64,000 bases of DNA from an uncultured delta proteobacterium (GTDB taxonomy: Bacteria; Desulfobacterota; RBG-13-43-22): positions 1,120,001-1,184,000 of the forward strand of contig CAWBOS010000010.1 in assembly GCA_963790475.1 (NCBI GenBank). The letters run 5' to 3'. Under the pieces are notes generated by a model. It did not search any database. It had not been told where the DNA came from and saw only the letters and a program-made list of their open reading frames with translations. Shown here one piece after another: positions 21,001-31,143 of this stretch (within the stretch, counting starts at the first letter, position 1; every line of letters starts with the position of its first letter). Made by a program: the position numbers and the translations under genes.

Positions 21001-21970
21001 TCAGTTTCAACGTGACCGGGGTCTTATAATAAAGGGTTTTGTATTGGTTGTTGGTCAAAAGGCTAACCGTTGTCCGGATCCCATAGGCGGATTGCGGTTT
21101 TTCTCTGTATCCCGATGATTCAATCGTGAAAATATTGCCCGGATCCGTAGTGATATAGGGAGCCATCAAGGCTTGATTCACGACTACCGACCCGCCGATC
21201 TCCTGGATAATCTTTATCTCTTGTTTTTGCCGGTAGTTGATAATTTCTTCGACCATATCCGCGGTCATCCCCGGAATGGCCATCAAGACTTCTTTGGAGG
21301 CGGCATTGATGTTAATCTTGCCTGTTCCATAGACGGTCAAACAATCGATTAAACCCTTTTTTTGCCCATCCCCATAAAGGATTTCCCGGGTCACCCCTTT
21401 GACCAACAGAAGTTCCTCCAAGGTTTCAATGTTGCCGTTTTTGGCCTTGTAAGGATTAGGCAGCGATAGGTAATAGTCGGATTCGGCCCCATTCAAGCGG
21501 TGCAAATCATCCTTATCAATCCAATCCAGGATAGAATCGACAATGGTATCCAGGGTTGTTCCTTCAATCCCAAGGGCTCCCAATAGATTTCTCAATAATA
21601 GTTCAGGAGCCGAATTAATATCCAACTTTCCGGATTCATCGGTTATCTTAACAGTATAGTTGCCGTCGCCAACCTGGCCGGAATAAGGACGGCCGTCGAC
21701 TATCCAAACCATTTGATCTTCCGTCAGTACCTTATTCAAATTTTGCCTCCGGTAAAAAAGTTCCAAAATACCCCGTTGCACTCCGGCTTCGGCCAGGAAC
21801 CTTTTCTCCATCCCTTCTTTAAAAGAAAGGGTGGAAAGGCTTTCGGTCCGGGCCATATAGGAAAATGAAAAAACAATGACCATGAGGACCGTCAAAACCC
21901 AGAGGACCGTCAGTAAGGCAATACCTCTTTGATTGTTGCTCATTACGATTTTAAATTCAATCCGTCTCAC
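20984..21970 (-). CDS. gspK: T2SS minor pseudopilin GspK
   Basis: RGIALLTVLW, DESGKLDIN, ILDWIDKD, GAESDYY and ELLLVKG motifs. Confidence 0.93.
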   Translation of the reverse strand: MRRIEFKIVMSNNQRGIALLTVLWVLTVLMVIVFSFSYMARTESLSTLSFKEGMEKRFLAEAGVQRGILELFYRRQNLNKVLTEDQMVWIVDGRPYSGQVGDGNYTVKITDESGKLDINSAPELLLRNLLGALGIEGTTLDTIVDSILDWIDKDDLHRLNGAESDYYLSLPNPYKAKNGNIETLEELLLVKGVTREILYGDGQKKGLIDCLTVYGTGKININAASKEVLMAIPGMTADMVEEIINYRQKQEIKIIQEIGGSVVVNQALMAPYITTDPGNIFTIESSGYREKPQSAYGIRTTVSLLTNNQYKTLYYKTPVTLKLNENPS

Positions 21971-22731
21971 TGTGTCTTAAATACTCCCCCTGGGCCTGGG
22001 ACGGCCTGGTTTCCCGCCAGACCCCCTTCCGTTTTCATGGGAAGGATCAAGGAAAGGTCCTTCCTTTCTTTGATCAGGTGAAGGCGAATCATCTTCGGCA
22101 GAAAACCGGCCTCGGTCCACTCATTGATCCATTGCCCTTCCTCTTCAGTCGGATCCTGGTAATAATATTCAAAACTCATCTCATCAAAAGATTCCAGGAG
22201 TTTAATCTCTTTCCGGTCTTCCCGCCCTACTTGATTTTCCGAAGCCTGTAGAGCCCTTTTCCCCTGATCGTCAACAATCACCTGATAGGTGACCACCACA
22301 TAACCTGTCTCCCCTCCCCAAATGGAAAAATTGGTTGAAAATTCAAGAGAGTCCGGCTGTCCTTTAAAATAATATTTTTTCTCACCGGCTTCATCAAAGG
22401 TCAAAGGAATTTCCGATTGTATTTGGGCTTCAATCATATTCAAAGAGGCCTTGACCCGCCCCAGAGATTCTATCTTTTTTTCCCCGGCTTCGACTGAACG
22501 AAATCCCAGTCTCAGCACGGCCATCAGGATGAAAACCAAAATCCCGACAATGGCGATGGAAATCATGAGTTCCAGCAGGGTGAAACCGGCCTCTTTCCTC
22601 CTCGGGAACGTTCGGCCTTGGGTCCCGCAAGGCGGGATTGGTCGTCGAACGACAAGTGACCACTGATTAATAAACATACCGTGCCCCTCGTCTCTTCGTA
22701 ATCCTGCCGGCTTTTTATATAGGTTTTTCAA
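21967..22731 (-). CDS. gspJ: T2SS minor pseudopilin GspJ
   Basis: AGFTLLELMISIAI prepilin motif; C-terminal W..LPKMIRL; lies between gspI and gspK. Confidence 0.82.
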   Translation of the reverse strand: MKNLYKKPAGLRRDEGHGMFINQWSLVVRRPIPPCGTQGRTFPRRKEAGFTLLELMISIAIVGILVFILMAVLRLGFRSVEAGEKKIESLGRVKASLNMIEAQIQSEIPLTFDEAGEKKYYFKGQPDSLEFSTNFSIWGGETGYVVVTYQVIVDDQGKRALQASENQVGREDRKEIKLLESFDEMSFEYYYQDPTEEEGQWINEWTEAGFLPKMIRLHLIKERKDLSLILPMKTEGGLAGNQAVPGPGGVFKTQ

Positions 22732-23152
22732 CCATCTTCATGGTCTTCAAGGTCAATGATTTTTCCATGGTCCCCTGGGTCCAGTAAACCTTCACCTCCA
22801 CCGCCACCAATTTCACCGGAAGGGCTTCCGCCCTTTCCTTTAAGGTATCCGAAACAGTTACCTGAAATCGATATCCGTTATCCGTAATCCCATTCCAGGA
22901 TTTTTCATAAAATTCCGTACCATCCAGGACTTCTCGCATTTTGGACTGGGCCTCCAGGGAACCAGCCACATATTCTTCCGAAGCCGAAATGGATTTCAAA
23001 TTGGCTGAGAAAAGCTGTAAAATCGCGGTGACGGCAATTCCCAGAAGGGCCAGGGCCACCAAGACCTCCAGAAGGGTAAAACCGGCTGTTCCCTTAAGGG
23101 ATTTCAATGCCGCCTTCTTTCTATTTTCATTATCCGACATTCGATGTCCCAT
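22715..23152 (-). CDS. gspI: T2SS minor pseudopilin GspI
   Basis: AGFTLLEVLVALALL prepilin motif; size and position. Confidence 0.82.
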   Translation of the reverse strand: MGHRMSDNENRKKAALKSLKGTAGFTLLEVLVALALLGIAVTAILQLFSANLKSISASEEYVAGSLEAQSKMREVLDGTEFYEKSWNGITDNGYRFQVTVSDTLKERAEALPVKLVAVEVKVYWTQGTMEKSLTLKTMKMVEKPI

Positions 23153-23189
23153 ATTCGATATTCGTTACTGTCTTTCAATCCGGATATAT

Positions 23190-23669
23190 TTACCGGGTAA
23201 CCACCGCCCCCAGCAAAGGGTCCAGTTCGACCTTGAAAGCCCTTTTCTTATCGGACAGCAGAAATGTGGCCCCTTCCATACTCCAATTCGGTTCAAAAAC
23301 CAGGTGATACTGCCCGCTCTGAATCTCTCCGTTTATTGAATCTACTATTTTGAGTTCCAAATTGGAAGGGATTTTCTTGGCCTTTCGCCCATCTATCCCG
23401 TATTCTCTGGCGTCCAGATCAACGGTCCATCCCTGTCGTTCCCCATGGATTTTGGCCAAGTCGCGGGCTTGTCTCAAGCTGGCCGAAAACTCCCTGACCG
23501 TTGCCTGGAGTTTAGCCGAAGAAAGAAGCCTGGTAAAAGAACCCGTCACCAACCCCAGGATCAGCAGGCTTAACATCAGGACTATGATCACTTCCAGCAG
23601 GGTGAATCCGGATTCGTTTTCCTTTAAAATCCTGGAATGTCGAATATCGAACAAACAATTTCGAATCAT
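23190..23669 (-). CDS. gspH: T2SS minor pseudopilin GspH
   Basis: SGFTLLEVIIVL; ASLRQARDLA; follows gspF. Confidence 0.82.
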   Translation of the reverse strand: MIRNCLFDIRHSRILKENESGFTLLEVIIVLMLSLLILGLVTGSFTRLLSSAKLQATVREFSASLRQARDLAKIHGERQGWTVDLDAREYGIDGRKAKKIPSNLELKIVDSINGEIQSGQYHLVFEPNWSMEGATFLLSDKKRAFKVELDPLLGAVVTR

Positions 23670-23793
23670 GGAGTTTACTTTCTTGTTTGTTTTGCGGCAA
23701 TAGGTCGAACGGTAAAATTTATCAATCGTTCTTCAAGATCAAATATTTTTTCTTCTTTCAACATTCACTATTCGATATTCGGTATTCGATATT
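23636..23793. repeat. Heptamer-periodic inverted repeat (ATTCGAT/ATCGAAT units)
   Basis: gaatgtcgaatatcgaac (left arm) and cattcactattcgatattcggtattcgatatt (right arm); related units at about 23128-23164. Confidence 0.65.
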
Positions 23794-23803
23794 TTCTATC
23801 TGG

Positions 23804-24997
23804 TTAAAAAGGCAGATCGGTGATGCTGAAAATAGCCATCAGCATGGATAAAACGATGAAGCCTATGACCAACCCCATTCCCAAAATCATCGCCGGCTCG
23901 AGAAAGCTGATAAACCTTTTAATGGAGACCCGCAAACTTTTTTCATAGGTGGCAGCCACCTTTAATAACATAGTATCCAATTGACCGGTTTCCTCCCCCA
24001 CCTTGATCATGGATAAGGCCAGCGGAGGAAACACCCCGGCGGCGGCCAGGGGGAGGGACATCCCCTTGCCTTCCTTCACCCCCTGGGAGACCGCCTCCAG
24101 GGCCGAGGCAATCGCCTGATTGCTGATCACGTCCCGGGAATTTTTCAAGGCCTGAAGCAATGGGACTCCGCTTTTTATCAGGGTGCCCAGGGTCCGGCAA
24201 AAACGGGCGGTTTCCAATTTTCGGATGATTTCCCCCAACAACTTCAGTTTTATCCCGTCCCAATGATAGCGCCCCCGGTCTGATTTGATATAGGTCCTGA
24301 AGAGAAACCAGCTCAAAAAAAGCAGGATCAAGGCTATCCACCAGTAGGTCTTCAAACCCTGGCTGAAGGAAAGTAGAAGTTGAGTCGAAAGAGGCAGGGA
24401 ACTTCCCATCTCGGAAAATATGACGGAAAACTTCGGCAGAACATAGGTCAGCAAGATAATAATCGATAAACCGCCGGTGGATACCAGGATAACCGGGTAT
24501 ATCATGGAGGACAAAACTTGCTCTTTCAATTCCTGTGCCGATTCCAGAAACTCGGTCAGCTTTTCCAGCACAACCGGCAATACCCCGCCCGCCTCTCCCG
24601 CCTTAATCATGTTGATATAGAGTCTGGAAAACATCCTGGGGTGTTTTTGAAGGGCGTCGGAAAAAGAACTTCCTTCCCGGATTGACCGGAGAATGGCCTG
24701 GATCAAGGTTTGCCTGTCTTTATTTTCTGAAATGCCGGCCAGGATATTCAGACTTCGGTCCAGGGGCATCCCGGCTTCTAAAAGAGAGGTCAACTCCGTT
24801 GTGAAGTTAAGGAGATCTCCGGAGTGGGAGCGCAGGGAAAAACGCGTTTTGAGACTTTTTCCGGGGGCGAAGATTTTTAAAGGGATGATGTTGGAATTTT
24901 TCAGCCGTTCGACGGCGGCCTGTTCATCGGCGGCTTCAATAGCCCCTTCGATAATAGTTCCCTCAACATTAGTCCCCCGGTAAGAAAAAACAGCCAT
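23804..24997 (-). CDS. gspF: T2SS inner-membrane platform protein GspF
   Basis: AGMPLDRSL, AGEAGGVL, MIYP, SGVPLLQAL, GEETGQL and LEPAMIL motifs. Confidence 0.95.
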   Translation of the reverse strand: MAVFSYRGTNVEGTIIEGAIEAADEQAAVERLKNSNIIPLKIFAPGKSLKTRFSLRSHSGDLLNFTTELTSLLEAGMPLDRSLNILAGISENKDRQTLIQAILRSIREGSSFSDALQKHPRMFSRLYINMIKAGEAGGVLPVVLEKLTEFLESAQELKEQVLSSMIYPVILVSTGGLSIIILLTYVLPKFSVIFSEMGSSLPLSTQLLLSFSQGLKTYWWIALILLFLSWFLFRTYIKSDRGRYHWDGIKLKLLGEIIRKLETARFCRTLGTLIKSGVPLLQALKNSRDVISNQAIASALEAVSQGVKEGKGMSLPLAAAGVFPPLALSMIKVGEETGQLDTMLLKVAATYEKSLRVSIKRFISFLEPAMILGMGLVIGFIVLSMLMAIFSITDLPF

Positions 24998-26520
24998 TAG
25001 ACCTCTTGAGTGACCCGGAGGACTTCCGGCAAAGTGGTTATTCCGGCCTTTACTTTTTCAAGTCCGTCTTCCAACAGGGTTTTCATGCCATTGGCCCTGG
25101 CCGCTTCTCTGATTTGAATAGCATCGGCATTTTTCAGGATCATTCTCCGGATGGTATCATCGATCAGAAATAATTCAAAGATCCCGACCCGTCCCCAAAA
25201 ACCAGTGCCGGCGCACTGTTCACACCCGGTCCCTTTACACAGGGTTTCGATGTTGCCCATCTGCAGGTGAACCAGCTCTTCCTGAACAGCCGGGGCAGGA
25301 TCCACCACTTTGCAGACCGGACAGATGACCCGCACCAAACGTTGAGCCAGAACGCCGCGTATGGTCGAGGAAAGGAGAAAGCTTTCCACCCCCATGTCCA
25401 GCAGCCGGGTGATGGCACTGGGGGCATCATTGGTGTGCAGGGTGGAAAAGACCAAATGGCCGGTCAGGGCCGATTGAATGGCGATCTCGGCAGTCTCCAG
25501 GTCCCGAATCTCCCCGATCATGATAATATCGGGGTCATGGCGGACGATATGCCGAAGGGTACCTGCAAAATTCAATCCTATCTGAGGTTTCACCTGGATT
25601 TGATTGATCCCTTTCAACTGATATTCGATGGGGTCTTCCACGGTAATGATCTTCTTATCCGGTGAGTTGATCTTGTCCAATGCCCCATACAGGGTTGTAG
25701 TCTTCCCGCTTCCGGTCGGTCCGGTGACTAAAATGATGCCATTGGCTTTTTTGATCAGTTGATTAAAAATGGAGAGATTTTGAGGGGAAAATCCCAGTAC
25801 ATTGAGGTCGATGGTAACCCCCTCTTTCTGGAGTATCCTCATGACCACCCCTTCACCGTAAAGCACCGGGATGGTAGATACTCTTAAATCAATCTCTTTT
25901 TCGGCTATTTTTAATTTGATTCTGCCATCCTGGGGAAGCCTTTTCTCGGCGATATTCAGTTTGGCCATAATCTTAATCCGGGAGAGAATGGCGGCCTGCA
26001 GATTCTTAGGCAAGGATTCGATTTCGTGCAGCACCCCGTCAATGCGATAGCGCACCTTCAATTCATCTTCGAAGGGTTCGATATGGATATCACTGGAACG
26101 GCTTTCCACGGCCCGGGTAATGACCATATTGACCAATTTAATAATCGGGGCTTCCGAAGCCAGGTCCTTCAGATGCCCGATATCCTCTTCCTCTTCCTTT
26201 AAGAATTCCAGATTATCGGTTTCAATATCTTCGATAATCCGGTTGATGTTTTGGGCCTCCTGACCATAAAACTTGGCAATATACTCGGTGATCAGGGCCG
26301 GGTCTCCGGCATAGACCTTCACCTCAGCCGAGGTGGCCACCTGCAGGGCATCGATCGTCTCCGTGTCTTGCGGAGAGCCCATAGCTACTTTCAAAATATT
26401 ATTTTTGAATTCCAGGGGAACCACCAGGCTTTCCCGGATGAAACGAGAAGAAATCCCTTCCAGGGTAATGGGTATCTTGGGAAGCTGATCCGGATTTAAT
26501 GGAAGTGTTTCAGGGACCAT
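24997..26520 (-). CDS. gspE: T2SS ATPase GspE
   Basis: SDIHIEP, RLPQDGR, Walker A GPTGSGKTT, DPDIIMIGEIRD, STLHTND, Zn-binding CxxC pairs. Confidence 0.96.
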   Translation of the reverse strand: MVPETLPLNPDQLPKIPITLEGISSRFIRESLVVPLEFKNNILKVAMGSPQDTETIDALQVATSAEVKVYAGDPALITEYIAKFYGQEAQNINRIIEDIETDNLEFLKEEEEDIGHLKDLASEAPIIKLVNMVITRAVESRSSDIHIEPFEDELKVRYRIDGVLHEIESLPKNLQAAILSRIKIMAKLNIAEKRLPQDGRIKLKIAEKEIDLRVSTIPVLYGEGVVMRILQKEGVTIDLNVLGFSPQNLSIFNQLIKKANGIILVTGPTGSGKTTTLYGALDKINSPDKKIITVEDPIEYQLKGINQIQVKPQIGLNFAGTLRHIVRHDPDIIMIGEIRDLETAEIAIQSALTGHLVFSTLHTNDAPSAITRLLDMGVESFLLSSTIRGVLAQRLVRVICPVCKVVDPAPAVQEELVHLQMGNIETLCKGTGCEQCAGTGFWGRVGIFELFLIDDTIRRMILKNADAIQIREAARANGMKTLLEDGLEKVKAGITTLPEVLRVTQEV

Positions 26521-26977
26521 CGTTTTTTTACCTTTTGTTTTTTTATTACATTTCTTTTATTTCTACCACCCTTTTTATCATTTGTCAATATTAACCGATT
26601 AATATATCTATATTTTACAGGTTGTTTCCATCGACAAGAATTCCTTTCTATCTTTTAAACATCTTACAGGTAATTTGCCTTTTTATATTTTCCAGTTAGC
26701 CTTTATTTTGATGCTGCCCTGCTGTCCCATGGATTTTATCGGTCCTCAAAATTACAGATGAAAGCTCTTGAGCAATTATGATCATGGCCGGTCCCGATTG
26801 CTCTTTGGGCCCTTTTTTAAAGTAATTATTTGATTTGAAATAAGTTATCTTGACACACCATTGGCCTTCCCTTATATTTTAAAATACCTTCCGGAGACGG
26901 GCCTGAAGGAATATTGACAAAAACTAATCTGCGAATCTTAGATCATAAAAGACAATACTCTTCGGAGAGACTACCTA

Positions 26978-28057
26978 ATGGAGGATGAACGATATATCGC
27001 CATTCCTCCGGGCGCAATCATCCCGGAGGTTTTACCAAAATTTAAAATCTATTTTTTCTCGCCGGAGGGGTATTACCTTCTCTGGGCGGGGGAAGGCAAT
27101 AAAGTCACTTCCAAACAGCTTGACAAGCTCTCCGAAAGCGGCCTTGAGGAAGTCTATATCGATCTGGAAGAAAATTTTAAATACGAACAATACCTGGAAA
27201 CCAACCTGGGTAGGATCCTTGAAAATCAAACGACGACGGTGGATCAAAAAGCAGCGATATTCACAAAAGTTTCCACCAATGTCGTCAAAACCGCCTTTGA
27301 AACCTCCTTCGGGAAGGGGGTCATGGGATCCGAGGTCCTGCAAAGAACGGAAACATTAATTAATAACTCCCTGTTATTTATTACGGAGACAAAATCCCTT
27401 CAGCCTTTGGTGCAAATGATCGGGCACGACTACAAGACCTATGAGCATGCCACCAAGGTTCTTTGGTTCACGGTGGCCTTTTTGAAGGAAAATCCTTACA
27501 TCCTGGAAATCGTTCAACCAGGATATCAGGCTCTCGATGAACCTCAAAAGATGGAAATATTAAGGCAGTGCGGGGTTGGAGCCCTGCTCCATGATATCGG
27601 CAAGGCCTATGTTTCCCCTGAAATACTTAACAAAAACGGTCCGCTGACCAAGGTTGAGCAGGAAATCATGAAGCGTCATCCCCTTAACGGACTGGCGATG
27701 CTGCTGGTCACGGGCATTCCCGATTTCGTGAAAAAAGCCGTCCTGCAGCATCATGAAGATTTTGACGGCAGCGGCTATCCTATGAACCTGAAAGGATTGC
27801 ACATCACCATCCTGGCTCGGGTGCTAAGAATCACAGACACCTTTGATGCCATGACCTCACGTCGTCCCTACAAAGACCCCCATCCCCCCAAAAAGGCGCT
27901 AGAGATCATGATCGGAACGCCGGCTAAAAAGAAGAAAAGAATTATGGAGGATGAGTCAGAAGCAGAGGATCGCGATTTGGGGATGATTCATTGTTTTGAT
28001 GAAGATCTGCTCCGAAATTTCATATTGTTTCTCGGAAAAACAAATCTGGGAGAATAA
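26978..28057 (+). CDS. HD-GYP domain protein (cyclic dinucleotide phosphodiesterase family)
   Basis: LLHDIGK, HHEDFDGSGYP and DTFDAMTSRRPYK motifs. Confidence 0.9.
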   Translation: MEDERYIAIPPGAIIPEVLPKFKIYFFSPEGYYLLWAGEGNKVTSKQLDKLSESGLEEVYIDLEENFKYEQYLETNLGRILENQTTTVDQKAAIFTKVSTNVVKTAFETSFGKGVMGSEVLQRTETLINNSLLFITETKSLQPLVQMIGHDYKTYEHATKVLWFTVAFLKENPYILEIVQPGYQALDEPQKMEILRQCGVGALLHDIGKAYVSPEILNKNGPLTKVEQEIMKRHPLNGLAMLLVTGIPDFVKKAVLQHHEDFDGSGYPMNLKGLHITILARVLRITDTFDAMTSRRPYKDPHPPKKALEIMIGTPAKKKKRIMEDESEAEDRDLGMIHCFDEDLLRNFILFLGKTNLGE

Positions 28058-28103
28058 TCTGTTAGGATTGCAGGCTTCTATCGGGGGCGGCAACGAGAGG
28101 CGA

Positions 28104-28403
28104 TTATTCCTTTGGTTCCTCCAGCAAATCCCGGATTACCGGTTTTACATAGATATCAGCGATAGGAAAAGATTTTAAGGCCTTCAGGAGTGTCTGAATC
28201 TTCTCTTCCACCCCCGCCTGAGAGTGGATGATCAAAATATATTCCCCTTTCAAACGGCACAGTCCTCCTGAACCGGAGAATTCTTCCAGGGTAACATTCT
28301 CGTAGCGGATGGCTATTCCAAGCTTACCTGCCAAGTCTTCAAGCTCATTCAAAAGGAGTTCGTTGTTCAAGGGAATAACCTCTCGCCAGGAAAAGTAACT
28401 CAA
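28104..28403 (-). CDS. Small hypothetical protein
   Basis: Plausible globular ORF (LGIAIRYE..GGLCRLKGE) between HD-GYP and nudC; start uncertain. Confidence 0.6.
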   Translation of the reverse strand: MSYFSWREVIPLNNELLLNELEDLAGKLGIAIRYENVTLEEFSGSGGLCRLKGEYILIIHSQAGVEEKIQTLLKALKSFPIADIYVKPVIRDLLEEPKE

Positions 28404-28537
28404 AAATGGACCGTACCCTTTAACCTTGACCTTTTCTTTTTTATATCCTATTTTTATTCCGAATAGAATGAAAAAGGACGCCCTCCGGCATGATCTCGGA
28501 TCTATTTTTCCGTGGCGTTTCCTAGAGAGCTACGGTT

Positions 28538-29371
28538 ATGAAAAGACAATTCATTCCTTTGTTGGAACGGCCGGTGAAACAAACAGAACCGGCCTGGTGG
28601 TTTATTTTTTCCAAAACCAAGCTGCTCATCACTGCCCCCGATAGCCAACCGGCCATCCCTCTTCTCCCTGGTTTGAAGGATCTGGGTTTTAGTCCTGTGG
28701 AAGAAATTTATTTGGGAACCCTGGAGGGAAAACATTGCTATGCCGCCGCTGTTCCCGATTCGGTCACCGCTATGACCGATATGGCTTTCCTCGACCTGCG
28801 GCAGCTGTACGGACGGCTGGATCAAGAGTTGATCCATCTTTCGTTCCGGGCTATTCATCTCCTCGACTGGTCCCAAAAGACCCGATTCTGCAAACGATGC
28901 GGAATGAAATTGAATCTTAAGGACAGTGAGCGGGCTAAAGAATGCCCGGGCTGCGGGCAACAGAGCTTTCCCCGGATATCCCCGGCTGTGATCGTTCTGG
29001 TGGAAAGGGACAACTCCTGCCTGTTGGCCCGATCTCCGCGTTTCCAGGATGGGTTTTACAGTGTCTTGGCCGGATTTGCCGAACCCGGAGAAACCTTGGA
29101 AAACACGGTGAAGCGTGAGGTAAGGGAGGAGACCGGCATTGAGGTGCAAGACATTCGTTATTTCGGGAGCCAGCCCTGGCCTTTCCCGGACTCGCTCATG
29201 ATCGGTTTCACCGCTCGTTATGCCGGAGGGGAAATCCGGGTGGACGGTACGGAGATCATGGAGGCCGACTGGTTCGCCTACGACCGGTTACCCAAAATTC
29301 CGGGCCGGATCAGCATCGCCAGAAGTCTTATCGACTGGTTTATAAACAAGCATCAAACCGCGAAAGGATAA
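28538..29371 (+). CDS. nudC: NAD(H) diphosphatase NudC
   Basis: FCKRCG..CPGCG zinc ribbon, Nudix box AGFAEPGETLENTVKREVREETG, SQPWPFPDS. Confidence 0.95.
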   Translation: MKRQFIPLLERPVKQTEPAWWFIFSKTKLLITAPDSQPAIPLLPGLKDLGFSPVEEIYLGTLEGKHCYAAAVPDSVTAMTDMAFLDLRQLYGRLDQELIHLSFRAIHLLDWSQKTRFCKRCGMKLNLKDSERAKECPGCGQQSFPRISPAVIVLVERDNSCLLARSPRFQDGFYSVLAGFAEPGETLENTVKREVREETGIEVQDIRYFGSQPWPFPDSLMIGFTARYAGGEIRVDGTEIMEADWFAYDRLPKIPGRISIARSLIDWFINKHQTAKG

Positions 29372-29415
29372 GGGCGGTTGGGATAGGATCGAGTCGGTGT
29401 TGAAATTCTGACCGA

Positions 29416-29493
29416 AGTACTGGAGTGTTGGAATAATGGAACAATGAAGTTATGGATAAGAAGACAGGAAAGATCATTACTCCAGCACTCCAA
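29416..29493. repeat. Octamer-periodic inverted repeat between convergent genes
   Basis: agtactggagtgttggaataatgga ... cattactccagcactccaa. Confidence 0.6.
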
Positions 29494-29558
29494 TTTTTTA
29501 AATTCAAGCTTTCTATGAAAGAAAAAGTCCTCAAAAGAGCTTTAATCCCTGCCGGCAG

Positions 29559-30269
29559 TTAAACCCCCAGGTAGGCTTTCTTGACGTTTTCGTCAAGCAT
29601 CAGATCGGAAGTTTTGCCCTGCAAAGCCAGTTCCCCGTTTTCCAGAACAAAGCCATAGGAGGCCAGCATGAGTCCCAGACGGGCATTTTGTTCCACCAGT
29701 ATCAGGGTCATTCCTTCTTGGTGGATCTCCTTAATTTTTTCCGCCAGCATCTGGCGGAGTATCGGGCTGAGTCCGAGCGATGGCTCATCCAGCATAAGCA
29801 ATTCCGGTTCGGCCATCAATCCTCGAGCGATGGCCACCATCTGCTGTTGACCGCCGCTCAGTTCCCGGCCTTCGGCCCCCAGCTTGTCTTTGAGGTCAGG
29901 GAAAAGATTTAAAGCCTTATCCATGGATTGTTGGATCCCTTTTCGGTCTTTTCTCAAATAGGCCCCCATCATGAGATTTTCCCTGACCGTCAGGAGCGGA
30001 AAAAGCTTTCGGCCTTCCGGGATCTGGATGATACCCCTAGCGGCAATTTTCCCTGGTTTCAGGCCGTTTATTCTTTCCCCTTTAAAGAGGATCTCTCCCT
30101 GCCCTTTTTTTACCTTAACCAGCCCGCTGATGGCATTCAAGGTCGTTGACTTACCAGCGCCGTTAGCCCCCAGGATGGTGACAAAATCTCCTTTATTCAC
30201 TGATAAGGATAGCCTTCGGACCGCTGCTTTTTTGCCGTATCTAACCCAGAGGTTTTTCAGTTCCAGCAT
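29559..30269 (-). CDS. livF: LIV-type ABC transporter ATPase (LivF-like)
   Basis: GANGAGKST, PEGRKLF, LSGGQQQM, LDEPSLGL and LVEQN motifs. Confidence 0.9.
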   Translation of the reverse strand: MLELKNLWVRYGKKAAVRRLSLSVNKGDFVTILGANGAGKSTTLNAISGLVKVKKGQGEILFKGERINGLKPGKIAARGIIQIPEGRKLFPLLTVRENLMMGAYLRKDRKGIQQSMDKALNLFPDLKDKLGAEGRELSGGQQQMVAIARGLMAEPELLMLDEPSLGLSPILRQMLAEKIKEIHQEGMTLILVEQNARLGLMLASYGFVLENGELALQGKTSDLMLDENVKKAYLGV

Positions 30270-30271
30270 GG

Positions 30272-31036
30272 TTAAACCATCTCCGTTCCCAGATAGGCCT
30301 CGATGACTTCCTGCCTGTTCATCACTTCTTTCGGTTTACCCTCGGCAATCTTATTGCCGAAGCTGAGGACGACCACCCGGTCGGCCACGTCCAACAAAAC
30401 TTTCATATTGTGCTCTATCAAAATAACGGTGACCCCCTCATCCCTGAGCAACTTGATCTTATCAACGACAAATAAGGCCTCTTCGTGGTTCATGCCGGTG
30501 GTCGGCTCGTCAAGTAGAAGGATGCTGGGATTGGCGATCATGGACATGGCAATGCCGAGCAGCCGTTGAAACCCGTGGGAAAGTCCCTCCGCCGGCAGAA
30601 AGGTATCGTTCAACAGGTCAAGGAGTTTGATCAGCTCGATCACCCGGCCCACTACCCTTTCATTTTCATCCTTCCAGGCCCTGGTATTGAAAAAAGATTG
30701 CCAGTGATTAGTCTTGTATTGCTGGTAAGCACTGATAAGCATGCTTTCAATTACCGTGGCCCCTTCATAGAGAACATTAGACTGGAAAGTCCGGATGATA
30801 CCCTGGGTAGCAATCCGGTCGGGACGAAGCCCGGAAATCTTATTGCCCTTAAATATAATTTCTCCTCTGGTGGGACGAAAATATCCGCTGATGACATTGA
30901 TCAAGGTGGTCTTCCCTGAACCGTTGGGCCCGACAATGCCCAGTATTTCTCCCTGCTCCACCTTCAGGTCGATATCCTCCAGGGCGGCCAGTTTGCCGAA
31001 TGTTTTGGTAACCTTATTTAATTCCAAAAAAGACAT
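30272..31036 (-). CDS. livG: LIV-type ABC transporter ATPase (LivG-like)
   Basis: GPNGSGKTT, RTFQ, LLDEPTTG and VIEAYLG motifs. Confidence 0.9.
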   Translation of the reverse strand: MSFLELNKVTKTFGKLAALEDIDLKVEQGEILGIVGPNGSGKTTLINVISGYFRPTRGEIIFKGNKISGLRPDRIATQGIIRTFQSNVLYEGATVIESMLISAYQQYKTNHWQSFFNTRAWKDENERVVGRVIELIKLLDLLNDTFLPAEGLSHGFQRLLGIAMSMIANPSILLLDEPTTGMNHEEALFVVDKIKLLRDEGVTVILIEHNMKVLLDVADRVVVLSFGNKIAEGKPKEVMNRQEVIEAYLGTEMV

Positions 31037-31067
31037 TTTGAAAACCTCACGAGAAAATCGAAAAGAC

Positions 31068-31131
31068 AGTTCGGAGTATTGAGTTCGGAGTAAAGGGTTT
31101 TCTCAAAACTCTTCACTCCGAACTCCGAACT
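31068..31131. repeat. Heptamer-periodic hairpin repeat (AGTTCGGAGT/ACTCCGAACT), copy 2
   Basis: agttcggagt twice, then actccgaactccgaact. Confidence 0.75.
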
Positions 31132-31143
31132 ATTCGCTTCGAG

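Noticed and set aside
24997-28057. c-di-GMP control of GspE by the neighbouring HD-GYP protein
   Set aside because: The GspE N-terminus lacks the RLGxxL MshEN motif; adjacency alone is not evidence.
28502-29149. 215-aa minus-strand ORF
   Set aside because: Antisense shadow of nudC with no motifs; the same applies to other overlapping ORFs such as 33381-34016, 39643-40278 and 32505-33062.
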